A DNA stretch of 64,000 nucleotides from positions 94,810 to 158,809 of the forward strand of contig CAVVLO010000004.1 of NCBI GenBank assembly GCA_963749155.1. The letters are read 5' to 3'. Each line of letters begins with the position of its first letter. Positions within the stretch are counted from its first letter, which is position 1. Source of the stretch: an uncultured Armatimonadia bacterium (GTDB lineage: Bacteria > Armatimonadota > Zipacnadia > CAVVLO01). This document shows positions 49,717-60,381 of the stretch, in pieces. The notes under the pieces are model-generated. The model was not told the origin of the DNA. It did not search any database and worked only from the letters and a program-made list of their open reading frames with translations. The position numbers were made by a program, and so were the translations under genes.

Positions 49717-52700
49717 TTGCCTCGCTTGGGAGATGCCTTATGGACAACCGCAAGAAGCGCGACTTGCGTCGCGAAGCACTCACTATCAGTTTTCCTTATC
49801 TCAGCTGCCCTCTTCCTCCTGCTCCTGCTCACGGCCTGGGGCTCGGAGCGCTCTCTTGCGCAATCAGAGGCTGTCGCTTCGTGGTCTTTCGACGGGCAGC
49901 TTGCGGATCAGACCTGGCACGGCAACGACGCCTATGCCTCGATGCCCCAGTTCGTTGAGGGACGTCAGGGCTCGGCTCTGAACGTCGAGGAAACAAGCGC
50001 CGCCGTCTCCGATGCGCCGAACCTGCGCCTGGCGCCTGGCCTGCGGCTCGAGTGCTGGGTGAGACCAACAGGATCCTACTTCGGCACTCAGTACATCGCG
50101 GTCAAGGACCAGGAGTATATGCTCCGGGTAGACCCAGCCTCGGAAGGCGGCCGCTTCTCCTTCTTTGTCGCTCTCGACGGCAACCTGGAACCGCGCGTGC
50201 AGTCAGAGGTCGCGCCACAGGTTGGGCAGTGGTATCACCTGGTCGCCGGCTGGGACGGGCAGACCTTGTCCCTTGAGGTGAACGGCACGGTAACTCGGCA
50301 GCAGCGGACTGGCAGCGTTCGCACCGCCTACTCGCAACTGGTGTTTGGGCCTTTCCAGGGCGCCATCGACGAGATGCGTTTCGAGAATCCAAACGCCGCT
50401 TACCCGGCAACCGCATACTGGCCCTTCGAGGGCGAGCTGCGCGACGTCTCGGGTCAGGGGCACGATGGCATGGCAGGGAACGTCAGCTTCGTTCAGGGCG
50501 CGGTGGGACTTGCGCTGAGCGCCTCGAGCCAGCCGGTAAACGTTCCCAGTAGCCCAGCCCTGCAGGTTGCGCCAGGATTCCATCTCGACTGCCGCGTCCG
50601 GTTTGAAAAAGTACCCACCGACCAGCAGAACATCGTCGCCAAAGAGGGCGAGTTCATGTTGCGCGTGGATCCTGCCCAGGAAGGGAGCGACCTGGCCTTC
50701 TTCGTCAACCTGGAGGGCTGGGAGCCAAGGGTTCGGACCAACCAGCCGATCCAGGCGGGCCAGTGGTACCGCATCCTCGCGGACTGGGACGGCGTAAGAC
50801 TCACTCTCGAAGTTAACGGAACACGCAAATATCTGACGCGAGGGGGCCTGGCGCGCGCAAGTGATAGCCCTGTAACCCTTGGCGGTCCGGGGATGGAGGT
50901 GGATGAGGTGCGTATCGAAAATCCCAAAGAGCCAACTCTCCGCGTGGTTCATATGACTCAGGAGCACGCCATCATGCGGGCCGGTGTCCCTGAGACTATC
51001 ACAGCCGTGGTGCAGAACCTGAGCCAGGAGGTACGGGGAGCATCGGTCTCTCTTGCCGTGCCGGAGGAGGTTCGCTGTCTCGATAATCCGACGCAAGAGT
51101 TGGGCGCGCTGGCAACCGGCGAGCTGAAGACCCTTGAGTGGCAGGTCGTAGCAGATCGGGAGATCAGCGCCGAGGCCCTTGTCCAGGTCGTAGCCTCGGG
51201 CGCGCCTCCAGCGATAGCTCGCAGGCCGCTTGTGTTCTTCCCCGCCGATGATGAGGGCGCCACTCGGCAGGCCCGTCTGGATCCACCCAGTCACGGTGGC
51301 AAGACCTATTATGTCGACAGCGCGCAAGGCGATAACGCTAACCCGGGGCTTTCAGAGGCCCAGCCGTGGAAGGATTTCACCCACGTTAACGGCGGCCTGC
51401 TGGGGCCTGGCGATGCGCTGCTGCTGAAGCGGGGCAGCGTGTTTAACCAGGAGCTGCAAGTCTTTGCCAAGGGCACGGCGGACAACTGGGCGTTCATCGG
51501 CGCTTACGGAGAGGGTCCGCGGCCGATTATCCGCCGCAACTGGGACATCGAGGAACGGTGCGCGCTGGTAACCAACCCCGATTACCTCCGGATCAGCAGC
51601 CTGGTTGTCTGTTATGCGGGCAAAGGGCTGGTTGCCCACTATACCGAGGCAGGACATAGAGGGCTGATAATCGAGGACTGTATAGCCCACCACATCGAGG
51701 GCCTCTACCGGATGAACGCTCATGGCATACCCGAATGGCTGAACAAGAACGGCGCCCCGGGCGATGGGCTGGGCAGCTCTGCCGGATTCGGCCTTTCGGG
51801 CGCGCCGGCCGAAGACATCGTGCTGCGCGACTCGGAGATGTTCCAGACCTCCAACGGCTTCTTCGTCCTGGGCGATGGAGTTGTCATCGACCGAGTCTAC
51901 TGCCATGACAACTTCGTGCACAACACCTCGCCCCATCCCTTCCTCGTGCGCATCAGGCGCTCCTATCTGCAGAACAGCATCTTCGATGCGTCAGGTTGGC
52001 ATGCTTCGGCAGGGACGATGGGCATAATGCTGGGCGACCCGCAGGGCCTGATTATCCGCAACTGCACCTGGCGCAACCAGCCTGATTCAGGCTCGCATGA
52101 CGAGGGCGGCATAGACTTCGAGAACAGTGGTAATGGCTGCCTGATAGATCACTGCACCTTCCAGAACAATGCCGGGGCGGCCATCGAGATGCTAGGACTG
52201 AGCTCACCGCAGACCCGGAACGTGGAGATAGCCAATTCGCGGTTCTTCGCCAACAACACGGCGCTCAAGCTGGGGCCGGGCGAGATCTTCATCTGGGGTA
52301 AAGGCGCCTCACCCGACATCGCTTGTAGCACTGGGGTGGTCCATGACAACGGTTATGTGCTGTTGCCTGGGGTAGAGTTCTTCGTTAACGAAGCGCCCGA
52401 GACTACCTTCTGGACACTACGCGACAACACCGCCTACGCCACCCTCGCCGAAGCCGACAGGGCGATGCCCTTCAATGGCCCGCCCGAGGTGGACGCCGGG
52501 CCAGACCTGCATAGCGCCGCGACCACGGTCCATCTCGCTGGCAGCATCAACGATGATGGGCGCTCAGGCGACAAGGCGCTGAAGGTGCGCTGGGAAGTGC
52601 TCGAAGGGCCCGGCCCAGTCGTGTTTGGAGAGGCGACCTCGCCCCAGACTGACGCCACCTTCTCCGAGCCAGGCGACTATCTGCTGCGCCTGGTTGCGGA

Positions 52701-53250
52701 CGATGGAGAGCTGTGGCTGAGCGATATGACGACCGTCCACATCCTGCCTGCGGGCGCATCGGTAGCCAAAGCCTGGGAGTTCAACGTGCCTCTCGACAAG
52801 GAGGGCTGGAGCGAAGCAGACCTGGGCACCCAGCGGCGCGAGTGGGCGAACCAGGACTGGCCCACAGTCGCAGAGCCGGTCAAGTACGTCGCTGGCGGTT
52901 ATTATCTTGTCGCAATCGAGAACAGCCCAAGCGCGCGCCTGGTGTCGGCGGATGGCCTAGGTGTGGAACTGAGTGACAACAAGACCATCACGCTCCGCTT
53001 CCAGAACCATACGCCAGCGACCGAGATGCGCCTAAGCTTTACCACCGAGGCAAGTCCCGAGTGGCAGACGGCAAGTAGCAAGGCGTTCGAAGTCGTCGCG
53101 AACGACGATGGGCCGCGAGTATACCCGGTTGATATGAGCGATGCCCCAGGCTGGACTGGCCGCCTGAAGCAACTGCGGCTGGACCTGGCCGATGGCACAA
53201 GCCTGACCGGCACGGTTCGGATTGATTATCTCTGGATCGGCTCGAGGTAA
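49717..53250 (+). CDS. Large secreted protein: 2x LamG, Ig-like, parallel beta-helix, PKD-like and CBM-like domains
   Basis: Duplicated LamG (YMLRVDP..FFV..EPRV); YYVDSAQGDNANPG..PW and DEGGIDFE; FSEPGDYLLRLVADDG. Confidence 0.8.
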   Translation: MPRLGDALWTTARSATCVAKHSLSVFLISAALFLLLLLTAWGSERSLAQSEAVASWSFDGQLADQTWHGNDAYASMPQFVEGRQGSALNVEETSAAVSDAPNLRLAPGLRLECWVRPTGSYFGTQYIAVKDQEYMLRVDPASEGGRFSFFVALDGNLEPRVQSEVAPQVGQWYHLVAGWDGQTLSLEVNGTVTRQQRTGSVRTAYSQLVFGPFQGAIDEMRFENPNAAYPATAYWPFEGELRDVSGQGHDGMAGNVSFVQGAVGLALSASSQPVNVPSSPALQVAPGFHLDCRVRFEKVPTDQQNIVAKEGEFMLRVDPAQEGSDLAFFVNLEGWEPRVRTNQPIQAGQWYRILADWDGVRLTLEVNGTRKYLTRGGLARASDSPVTLGGPGMEVDEVRIENPKEPTLRVVHMTQEHAIMRAGVPETITAVVQNLSQEVRGASVSLAVPEEVRCLDNPTQELGALATGELKTLEWQVVADREISAEALVQVVASGAPPAIARRPLVFFPADDEGATRQARLDPPSHGGKTYYVDSAQGDNANPGLSEAQPWKDFTHVNGGLLGPGDALLLKRGSVFNQELQVFAKGTADNWAFIGAYGEGPRPIIRRNWDIEERCALVTNPDYLRISSLVVCYAGKGLVAHYTEAGHRGLIIEDCIAHHIEGLYRMNAHGIPEWLNKNGAPGDGLGSSAGFGLSGAPAEDIVLRDSEMFQTSNGFFVLGDGVVIDRVYCHDNFVHNTSPHPFLVRIRRSYLQNSIFDASGWHASAGTMGIMLGDPQGLIIRNCTWRNQPDSGSHDEGGIDFENSGNGCLIDHCTFQNNAGAAIEMLGLSSPQTRNVEIANSRFFANNTALKLGPGEIFIWGKGASPDIACSTGVVHDNGYVLLPGVEFFVNEAPETTFWTLRDNTAYATLAEADRAMPFNGPPEVDAGPDLHSAATTVHLAGSINDDGRSGDKALKVRWEVLEGPGPVVFGEATSPQTDATFSEPGDYLLRLVADDGELWLSDMTTVHILPAGASVAKAWEFNVPLDKEGWSEADLGTQRREWANQDWPTVAEPVKYVAGGYYLVAIENSPSARLVSADGLGVELSDNKTITLRFQNHTPATEMRLSFTTEASPEWQTASSKAFEVVANDDGPRVYPVDMSDAPGWTGRLKQLRLDLADGTSLTGTVRIDYLWIGSR

Positions 53251-53344
53251 GGAAATCCACAGGCGGCCCTCGAAGGGGGCGTGGAACGAGTGATGAGCTC
53301 TGACAACGGTTGACTAGACCAGCAAAAAGCGAAAGAGGCAGATC

Positions 53345-55531
53345 ATGGATCACCCTTTGACAGTCGGGCTTCTGTGCCTTTTGGCGACGGTGTTGCTTTC
53401 CTCCTTCGCCCAAGGCGCGGAGGTGCCGGTTGAACCGTATTCGTCCCGGCCGACTGCTGACGAGTTGGCCTTCGTGGCGCAGTGGAAAGCCTTTCTGCTG
53501 GGCCAGGGCAAGGCCGCTCGGGAGCGCTACGTTACTGATCTTCCGTTCTCCTTCAAGTGCGGGGAGAGAAGCAGCCGAGAGTGGGTCACGATTGACAAGG
53601 CGCGCCTCGAGTCGGGCGACTGGCAGGAGGACGGAAGCCGCACTCATCTCCTGAGGTGGAAGGACACCGAGACCTCGCTCACCTGTGAGATGAAGCTGAG
53701 AGAGTTCCGCGGTTATCCCGCCTTCGACTGGGTGGTCGAGGTCCGCAACGAAGGCCCGACGGACTCCGCCAAGGTCCATGATTTCTGGGGCATCGACACC
53801 TGCTGGAACGCGACGGACGGCTCGATGCCGGTCTTGCACCGCTCGGTTGGCTCTCCCGGGCATGAGGATGACTTCCAGTTCCAGAGCGAGTTCATGCACA
53901 ACTCGATGTGGGACCAAAGGCGCCGCATCGCGATGGACACCCCATGCAATACCAGTTGGGGCCAGATGCATTCGTACCTCATACCCAACGATCACCGCTC
54001 GAGCGCCGTCTGGCTGCCCTTCTTCAACTATCAGACAGGCGGTGACGGGCTTATCACGGGGCTGGGATGGAGCGGCGCGTGGCGCGCCTACTTCGATCAC
54101 CAGGGCGGTGGCATGTCGACGATCCTGGCCGGCGTGGAAAACCTCGATACGCTCCTCCATCCTGGCGAATCGGTACGCTCGACGCTCAATCTGGTGCTCT
54201 ACTGGCAAGGCGAGTTGATGCACGGCCAGAATCTGTTCCGCCGGCTTGTGCTGGACTACTACACCCCCCGCATCGGCGGGAAACCGGTGGAACCACCCAT
54301 CTCAGGGGTCGTCTGGGGGGGCATCCCGTCAGCGGAGCACCTCGAGCTCATCGAGAAGATCCAGGAGTATGAGATCCCCTTCGATGTCTATTGGTTCGAC
54401 GCGGGCTGGTATGGCACGGGGACCGTCCCGTCCTACACCGTCTTCGAGGGCGACTGGGGTCCCATGGTGGGCGACTGGCGGCCGAATCCCAACTGGCATA
54501 ACGGCACACTGCAGCCGGTCAGCGAGGCGGCCCAGGCTGCGGGATACAAGTTCCTCGTCTGGGTCGAGCCATGCCGCGCGATCCAGGGTCGACCAATCAC
54601 ACTAGAGCACCCGGAGTACTTCCTGACTGGACATCCGGACGGCATCATAAGTGACGGCCAGACCCTCCTCCTCGACCTGGGGCAGCCCGAAGCCCGCAAC
54701 TGGGCCATCGAAGTCGTCGCCGGCCTCGTCGAGGATTACGGCCTCGATTGGTATGAGGAGGACTTCAACCTCGATCCCAACCCCTACCTGGAAGCCGCTG
54801 CAGAGCCGGACCGCTGGGGCCTGAAGGAGCTGCGTTTCATCGAGGGGCACTTCGCGTTCTGGGACGCGCTCCTCGAAAGGTTCCCGAATCTGGCGATCCT
54901 TAACTGCGCCAGCGGCGGCCGGCGCATCGACCTGGAGTCCATCTCGCGCGGTCAGCCGCTCTGGCGAAGCGATTATAACTGCTTCCCCGAGGCCACCGCC
55001 GAGTCGACGCAAGACCAGAGTTACGGGATCCAGCACTGGCTACCCATCCAGGGAAGCATGATCCGCGGTTGGTCGATATACGACACCTACGAGGCCCGCT
55101 GCGCCCTGAGCCCTGGGCAGGAGAACGCCGTCGTAGCGAAGACCGCTGAGGAGTGGCGCCAGATGAAGGCGAACGTCATCCAGGCAAAGCGCTGTAAGAG
55201 GTACTTTTCTGGTGACTACTACCCGCTGGTCAACCAGCAACGGGACCCCGCCGCCTGGAGCGCCTACCATCTGTTCCTCCCAGAGGAACAGGAGGGGATG
55301 CTCCTAGCGCTGCGCCGCGAGAAGAGCGACGTGACTGCGATGAGGTTTGACCTGCTGACGATTGATCCGAACAGGAGTTGGGAGTTCGAGGACTACGACT
55401 CTGGCAGAACGTGGATTGTCTCGGGCAAGGAACTCCGCGAAGGCGGCTTCGAGGTTGTAATTCCGAAGCGACGCGATTCCAGACTCATCTTCTACCGACC
55501 GAGCACAGGGCCGTCCGGTGGAGCCGGCTGA
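53345..55531 (+). CDS. Secreted alpha-galactosidase (GH36)
   Basis: YWFDAGWY, WVEP, EDFN and NCASGGRRIDLE..WRSD motifs. Confidence 0.88.
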   Translation: MDHPLTVGLLCLLATVLLSSFAQGAEVPVEPYSSRPTADELAFVAQWKAFLLGQGKAARERYVTDLPFSFKCGERSSREWVTIDKARLESGDWQEDGSRTHLLRWKDTETSLTCEMKLREFRGYPAFDWVVEVRNEGPTDSAKVHDFWGIDTCWNATDGSMPVLHRSVGSPGHEDDFQFQSEFMHNSMWDQRRRIAMDTPCNTSWGQMHSYLIPNDHRSSAVWLPFFNYQTGGDGLITGLGWSGAWRAYFDHQGGGMSTILAGVENLDTLLHPGESVRSTLNLVLYWQGELMHGQNLFRRLVLDYYTPRIGGKPVEPPISGVVWGGIPSAEHLELIEKIQEYEIPFDVYWFDAGWYGTGTVPSYTVFEGDWGPMVGDWRPNPNWHNGTLQPVSEAAQAAGYKFLVWVEPCRAIQGRPITLEHPEYFLTGHPDGIISDGQTLLLDLGQPEARNWAIEVVAGLVEDYGLDWYEEDFNLDPNPYLEAAAEPDRWGLKELRFIEGHFAFWDALLERFPNLAILNCASGGRRIDLESISRGQPLWRSDYNCFPEATAESTQDQSYGIQHWLPIQGSMIRGWSIYDTYEARCALSPGQENAVVAKTAEEWRQMKANVIQAKRCKRYFSGDYYPLVNQQRDPAAWSAYHLFLPEEQEGMLLALRREKSDVTAMRFDLLTIDPNRSWEFEDYDSGRTWIVSGKELREGGFEVVIPKRRDSRLIFYRPSTGPSGGAG

Positions 55532-55808
55532 GATGACTCATAGGGGCACAAGGCTGGGTGAACTTCCACTCGGTCAGCGCGGTTGCCGCGTGGTCCTACC
55601 GACGAGTGCCGTCAGCAGAGCGTCCAGCTTTGCATCGCGGACGGCAGAGTCTTTCGGAAAGGCTGAATCGGCCCTGATAAGCTCTCTAGCCAAACAGCTG
55701 TGGCTGGTCTGTCCGAGGCTTTCGGTTGCGCAACCTGGCCTGGAAGGCTTCGAGTTGTTTGTCGCCCGTGGGTTTACTGTATGAAACCAGAGGAGTATAT
55801 GAGATACT

Positions 55809-55820
55809 GCAACCGGTTGC
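55809..55820. promoter_or_regulatory. LacI-family-like operator
   Basis: Perfect palindrome GCAACCGGTTGC upstream of the catabolic operon; a second palindrome GGTTGCGCAACC lies at 55724-55735. Confidence 0.55.
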
Positions 55821-55964
55821 TTCCACTGACGAAAGTGCGATTGATTGAAGCCTGAGCAACCGGACTTCGGCAGTATCTCGACGGGCCTTCAACGACTTAT
55901 GCACGCCCATGCCAGAGAGACTTTTGGCTCGGAAATTACTGACCAGCGATTTGGAGGATGCCTT

Positions 55965-56753
55965 ATGCGCGGATATACAGCCAGGCTCAGAGGGCTAATT
56001 GACGCCAGGGAGATCATCATTTTTGGCGCGGTCATGGACAGTCGTTCAGGAGCAGTCATCGAGATGATGCAGGATACCGGCTTCGACGCTGTCCTCATCG
56101 ACAGAGAGCATACGGCGCTTGGGACCGAGACTATTCTCGAACACATTCGGCTAGCTCGCGTGTTGGACTTCCCGGTTATGGTGCGAGCCGCTGACCACAG
56201 TTATCACGAGATAAACAGGTTGCTGGATCAGGCGCCGGATGGAGTTTTTGTTCCGCGTATTCGTTCGCGAGAAGAAGCTGAGTCGATAGTCAGAACAGTG
56301 AAATACCCTCCCAAAGGGATCCGGGGGCTTGGAGCCTCGACCTGTCCGGCCGCAAAGTATATGGGATGGGACTCACCTAGAGATATGGTGGATTACTGGC
56401 AGCGCAATCTTGTTGTCGGCATCCAGATAGAGACAGCGGAGGCGCTTGCGGATCTTGATGGCATCCTATCAGTGCCAGGACTGGACGTAGCCGTGGTTGG
56501 CAACGATGACCTTTCGATAGGAATGGGCATTCTGGGCGAGTTTGAAAGCGAGGAGTATATCCAGGCCGTCCGGAAAGTTATCGCCGCGTGCAACAGGCAC
56601 GGGGTCGTGCCGGGTATCGCTTGCGGCGATCCTGCCAAGGTGCGTTTCTGGGTGGATGAGGGGATGCGCGTCTTTTGGTATGCTGCGGATATCTGCCTGA
56701 TGTGGAGTGCGGCCCGCCAGGGAATGGACGCGCTGCGTTCCGCGCTCGAGTGA
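55965..56753 (+). CDS. HpcH/HpaI aldolase family protein
   Basis: FDAVLIDREH, YPPKGIRG, QIET and VGNDDLS; SD GGAGG. Confidence 0.9.
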   Translation: MRGYTARLRGLIDAREIIIFGAVMDSRSGAVIEMMQDTGFDAVLIDREHTALGTETILEHIRLARVLDFPVMVRAADHSYHEINRLLDQAPDGVFVPRIRSREEAESIVRTVKYPPKGIRGLGASTCPAAKYMGWDSPRDMVDYWQRNLVVGIQIETAEALADLDGILSVPGLDVAVVGNDDLSIGMGILGEFESEEYIQAVRKVIAACNRHGVVPGIACGDPAKVRFWVDEGMRVFWYAADICLMWSAARQGMDALRSALE

Positions 56754-56756
56754 TGA

Positions 56757-57545
56757 GTGAGTGTGATGAGGCTTGCAGAGCGAATTGAGAATACGGAAGT
56801 CCCCCAAGGTTCGGTGGCTGTTTTCTTCCTTGGACAGGCAGGCTTTGTCCTCAAGACCAGCTCCGGCAAGACGGTGGTCATCGATCCCTACCTGACCGAC
56901 TGTGTAGAGCGTTTGGTCGGATTCAAACGGATGGTGCCCACGCTGATCGAGCCGCACGAGCTGCGCGTGGATATGTTTCTGGCCACCCACAGTCATGCAG
57001 ACCATCTGGATATCGATGCGGTGCCCGTTATTGCCGCCAGAGGTGACTGTTTCTTCATCGGCGCTCCTGACTGTGCTGCCTTCTTCGAGTCCTTTAGCAT
57101 CCCCCCAACCCACTGGATGACGCTGGCGGCGGGCGAGAGCGCTGTCCAGCATGGGATTGAAGTCCGCGCTGTCTACGCCGATCACGGCGAACTTGCTCCC
57201 GAGGCTGTCGGTTATGTGATCACGGTAGACGGTTTGACAATATACAATGTCGGCGACAGTGCCCTTGCCTCCGAGAAGATCCTCCAGTCCCTGGGGACGC
57301 AGGTTGATGTAATGATCGCTCCTATCAATGGCGCTTACGGCAATCTGGACAGCGCCGGTGCGGTCGAACTTGCCGCGCTAGTGAAGCCCAGGCTAGTGAT
57401 CGCAAGTCATTTCTGGATGTTCGTCGAGCATGGGGGCGATCCGGGAGGGTTTCTTGAACTCGCCGGTCGCCTGCAGCCAGCGACTCGTGCTTTGGTGATG
57501 GCTCCCGGTGAGTGTGTGATGGTCGGCGGGGAGGCAGTGTTATGA
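56757..57545 (+). CDS. UlaG-like metallo-beta-lactamase-fold hydrolase/lactonase
   Basis: FLGQAGF, IDPYL, THSHADHLD, GDS and PINGAYGN motifs. Confidence 0.88.
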   Translation: MSVMRLAERIENTEVPQGSVAVFFLGQAGFVLKTSSGKTVVIDPYLTDCVERLVGFKRMVPTLIEPHELRVDMFLATHSHADHLDIDAVPVIAARGDCFFIGAPDCAAFFESFSIPPTHWMTLAAGESAVQHGIEVRAVYADHGELAPEAVGYVITVDGLTIYNVGDSALASEKILQSLGTQVDVMIAPINGAYGNLDSAGAVELAALVKPRLVIASHFWMFVEHGGDPGGFLELAGRLQPATRALVMAPGECVMVGGEAVL

Positions 57546-58546
57546 GTCTGGTGCTCAGGCTGAACGCCGAGACAGCTCCGATGCTCCCGGAGGAGCGAGC
57601 TATCATCTCGACCGGCGGCATGACGCTGGTAGAGATCGAAGGCGCCAGGGATGATGAAGTCCTGGCCTATGCCGATCAGGTGGATGCCATAATGGTCGTC
57701 TCCGCTTATCTGCGCAGCCACGTTGTCGACAAGCTGACTCGCTGCAGGCTGATTTCCCGTTTGGGGACCGGGGTGGACAAGCTAGCTGTGGATACAGCTA
57801 CTGCAAAGGGCCTTCTGGTCACGAATGTTCCGGATTTTTGCACCTCAGAAGTGGCTGACCATACAATGGCTCTGTTGCTCTCCGTTGCCAGGCAGCTTCC
57901 TCTCTGTGAAGAGGAGATGCGAAAAGGAAGGCAACCTCGCTGCCTGGAGGCCTTTGATCGACTGGAGGGTCGGACGTTCGGTATCCTTGGCCTGGGCCGC
58001 ATCGGCCGAGCGGTAGCGAAAAGAGCGCTTGGCTTTGGTATGAGAGTACTCGGCTATGATCCGGGGCTTACACCAGAGGAGATGCGAAAGCTGGGAGTCG
58101 ATTGGGCTGATTTCGAAACCGTGCTTGCCCAGTCAGACTACCTCTCTCTGTTCTGCCCACTGACTGAAAGCACGAGAGGAATGATTTCTCTTCGAGAATT
58201 ATCCAAGATGAAGCCGTCAGCAGTGCTGGTGAATACTGGCCGCGGCGAGCTGGTAGTAGAGTCGGATCTGGTAACTGCTCTGCGCGAGGGGATTATCCGG
58301 TTTGCCGCGCTCGATGTGTTTGGCGAAATCAATGTCTTTGCTCTTGGCGGATTCGCTACGGACCATCCACTTTTTGGCCTGCCGAACGTGATATTAACTC
58401 CCCATATGGCTGCCTGTTCGCCTCAGGCGATTCTCGATTCGCGTGTGCGAGGCGCTCAGGCGGTGGTGGATGTCTTAGAGGGCAGGTGGCCCAGGCATCC
58501 GGTCAATCCCGAGGTTGTGACCTGGTTTGATATCGCGCGAAACTGA
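57542..58546 (+). CDS. D-2-hydroxyacid dehydrogenase (SerA/CtBP-like)
   Basis: GLGRIG, VNTGRG, AALDV and LTPHMA motifs. Confidence 0.92.
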   Translation: MSLVLRLNAETAPMLPEERAIISTGGMTLVEIEGARDDEVLAYADQVDAIMVVSAYLRSHVVDKLTRCRLISRLGTGVDKLAVDTATAKGLLVTNVPDFCTSEVADHTMALLLSVARQLPLCEEEMRKGRQPRCLEAFDRLEGRTFGILGLGRIGRAVAKRALGFGMRVLGYDPGLTPEEMRKLGVDWADFETVLAQSDYLSLFCPLTESTRGMISLRELSKMKPSAVLVNTGRGELVVESDLVTALREGIIRFAALDVFGEINVFALGGFATDHPLFGLPNVILTPHMAACSPQAILDSRVRGAQAVVDVLEGRWPRHPVNPEVVTWFDIARN

Positions 58547-58586
58547 AGTGCGCAAACCGGATGAGACAAGATGGGAGGGTTCTACA

Positions 58587-59450
58587 ATGGCTGAAAGCAG
58601 ATTGCAGGGCAAGAAGGCAATCGTAACCGGTTCAGGTACGGGAATAGGGCGTGAGATAGCCCTGGAGTTCGCCCGGCAAGGAGCGGATGTAGTCCTGCAT
58701 TATGCCCATAGCGACGCCGGAGCGAACTCGGCTGTTGAGGAGATAGCAGCGATGGGCCGCAGAGCCACTGCCCTGAAGGCAGACTTTGCCCTCGTCGAAG
58801 AGGTTGCCTCCTTTGGAGAGCAGGCTATCGAGTTCCTGGGGGGAGTTGACTGCCTGGTGAACAACGCGGGCATCACGCTCAATATGCCCTTCCTTAAGAC
58901 CACTCGGGAGCAGTACGACACCCTTTATAACGTCAACATCAGGGCGCAATTCTTTCTGACCCAGCTCGCCGCTCAGTATATGATTCAATCAGGCGGAGGC
59001 GCAGTCTGCAATATCACGTCCATACATGGGGTGTCCGGAGCGCCGGAGCATGCCGTGTATGCGGGGACCAAGGGCGCCATTATCGCCTACACTCGAGCGC
59101 TTGCGATAGAGATCGCTCATAAGGGAGTGCGCGTCAACGCGATAGCGCCAGGCTGGATAGATGTCGAGAACCACGCCAGGATAATGCCTGGGTATACCCC
59201 TCAGTCGGCAGACGAGATCGCGTATAACAAAGTGCCTGTGGGCTTCCACGGAGTACCTCTGGATGTCGCCAAACTTGCCGTGTTTCTTTGTACTGAGGAC
59301 GCGCGTTTCATCGTTGGCCAGACAATTGTTCTCGATGGCGGAACCACTAGTCTGATGTCACTTATAGACGATTTTCGAGGGGAGTCTTCTTCCAGGTTCG
59401 GACTTGGCTACGTGGCAGGGGTTGAGGTACCGAAGGGACCAGTGAATTGA
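58587..59450 (+). CDS. Short-chain dehydrogenase/reductase
   Basis: TGSGTGIG, NNAG, YAGTK and VNAIAPG motifs. Confidence 0.93.
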   Translation: MAESRLQGKKAIVTGSGTGIGREIALEFARQGADVVLHYAHSDAGANSAVEEIAAMGRRATALKADFALVEEVASFGEQAIEFLGGVDCLVNNAGITLNMPFLKTTREQYDTLYNVNIRAQFFLTQLAAQYMIQSGGGAVCNITSIHGVSGAPEHAVYAGTKGAIIAYTRALAIEIAHKGVRVNAIAPGWIDVENHARIMPGYTPQSADEIAYNKVPVGFHGVPLDVAKLAVFLCTEDARFIVGQTIVLDGGTTSLMSLIDDFRGESSSRFGLGYVAGVEVPKGPVN

Positions 59451-59672
59451 GCTTGTCCCCAAAGTAGAGGGGCCTGGCAACCTCACAGCTGTGCGCCTAT
59501 GTGCGAGAGGATGGCTGCCCAAAGCCTTCAGTAGCGCAACATAGAAGGGGCGTTGTGTTGCGGGTGCTAAGGCCGTCCATGCAGGCCAAGGGAAAGCCTT
59601 AGCCATCCGCTACCACAGCCGTCCAGTTGGGCACTACTGGGGGCTCTCCCCGCGCCAGGCAGCGGCGATGGG

Positions 59673-59725
59673 TGAGCTGCCCCCATCTATGATATTACTT
59701 CGAATATCATACTCTCAGCCAGTTC
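59673..59725 (-). mobile_element. IS3-family right-end remnant, copy 4 (inverted)
   Basis: TGAGCTGCCCCCATCTATGATATTACTTCGAATATCATACTCTC aligns with the reverse complement of copy 1, TGACCTGCCCCAGCTATTCTACCACTTCCAGGGTCATACTCTT. Confidence 0.7.
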
Positions 59726-59757
59726 AGCTGGGGTAGGAAGGCTAAACGAAGTGAGGC

Positions 59758-60078
59758 CGGCAGGACGACCTGACTTGCAAGCTGGAGAAGGTATTTGAGG
59801 CGATGAAAAAGGGCCTGCACAGCGATGCGCTGAGGGGCAGGCTTGCCAAGCTCGAAGGTGACCTGCACAAGGTGCAGGGGCAACTCGCCAAGGTCAGGTT
59901 GAGTCTGCGCTAGGCCACGCCGCCGCTCGACCTCGCCAAGGCCAAATCCCTGTTCGCTGACCTCATTGAGCTCTTCCCCTACTCCACGCGAGAAGAGAAG
60001 CGACTGCTGGTGGATGCGCTCGTGAAGCACATAGCCATGCAGAAAGACGAAGCGATGATCTTTGCGCTCATCGCATGA
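59758..60078 (+). pseudogene. C-terminal remnant resembling a large serine recombinase
   Basis: Coiled coil KLEKVFEAMKKG..LRGRLAKLE, internal TAG at 59911, then EEKRLLVDALVKHI. Confidence 0.5.
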
Positions 60079-60229
60079 TCAGGAGAACACTGCCCCTGTA
60101 AGTGAACGGCGAAGCAACGCGGTGGTGTGGGCCGGCGGATCCATCGAGCCGCGGCGGGCCTGCGTCTCTCGTTCACTGACACCGGCGCACTCCTCCGCAC
60201 GCGGTCTGCGGTCTCCGTTGCTATCAGCA

Positions 60230-60257
60230 TTGACGCCCTGCACTACAGTGGTATAGT
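60230..60257 (+). promoter_or_regulatory. Sigma70-type promoter of the rhs gene
   Basis: TTGACG-16nt-TATAGT with extended TG; flanked by the ACTACA/TGTAGT inverted repeat. Confidence 0.6.
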
Positions 60258-60381
60258 GGATTGTAGTCTCAAGACCTTCCAGTGGCACAGTCCTTAGTGA
60301 AGCCAGCGTTCTCCGAAGAGGCCGGAATCCTGCCCTCTCGCAGATGGCGCCGGCGCCGGACGCTATACAGGGAGGCAGCAG

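Noticed and set aside
59448..59480. TGAGCTTGTCCCCAAAG as another IS terminus
   Set aside because: Similarity does not extend beyond about 12 nt and no partner end or transposase was found
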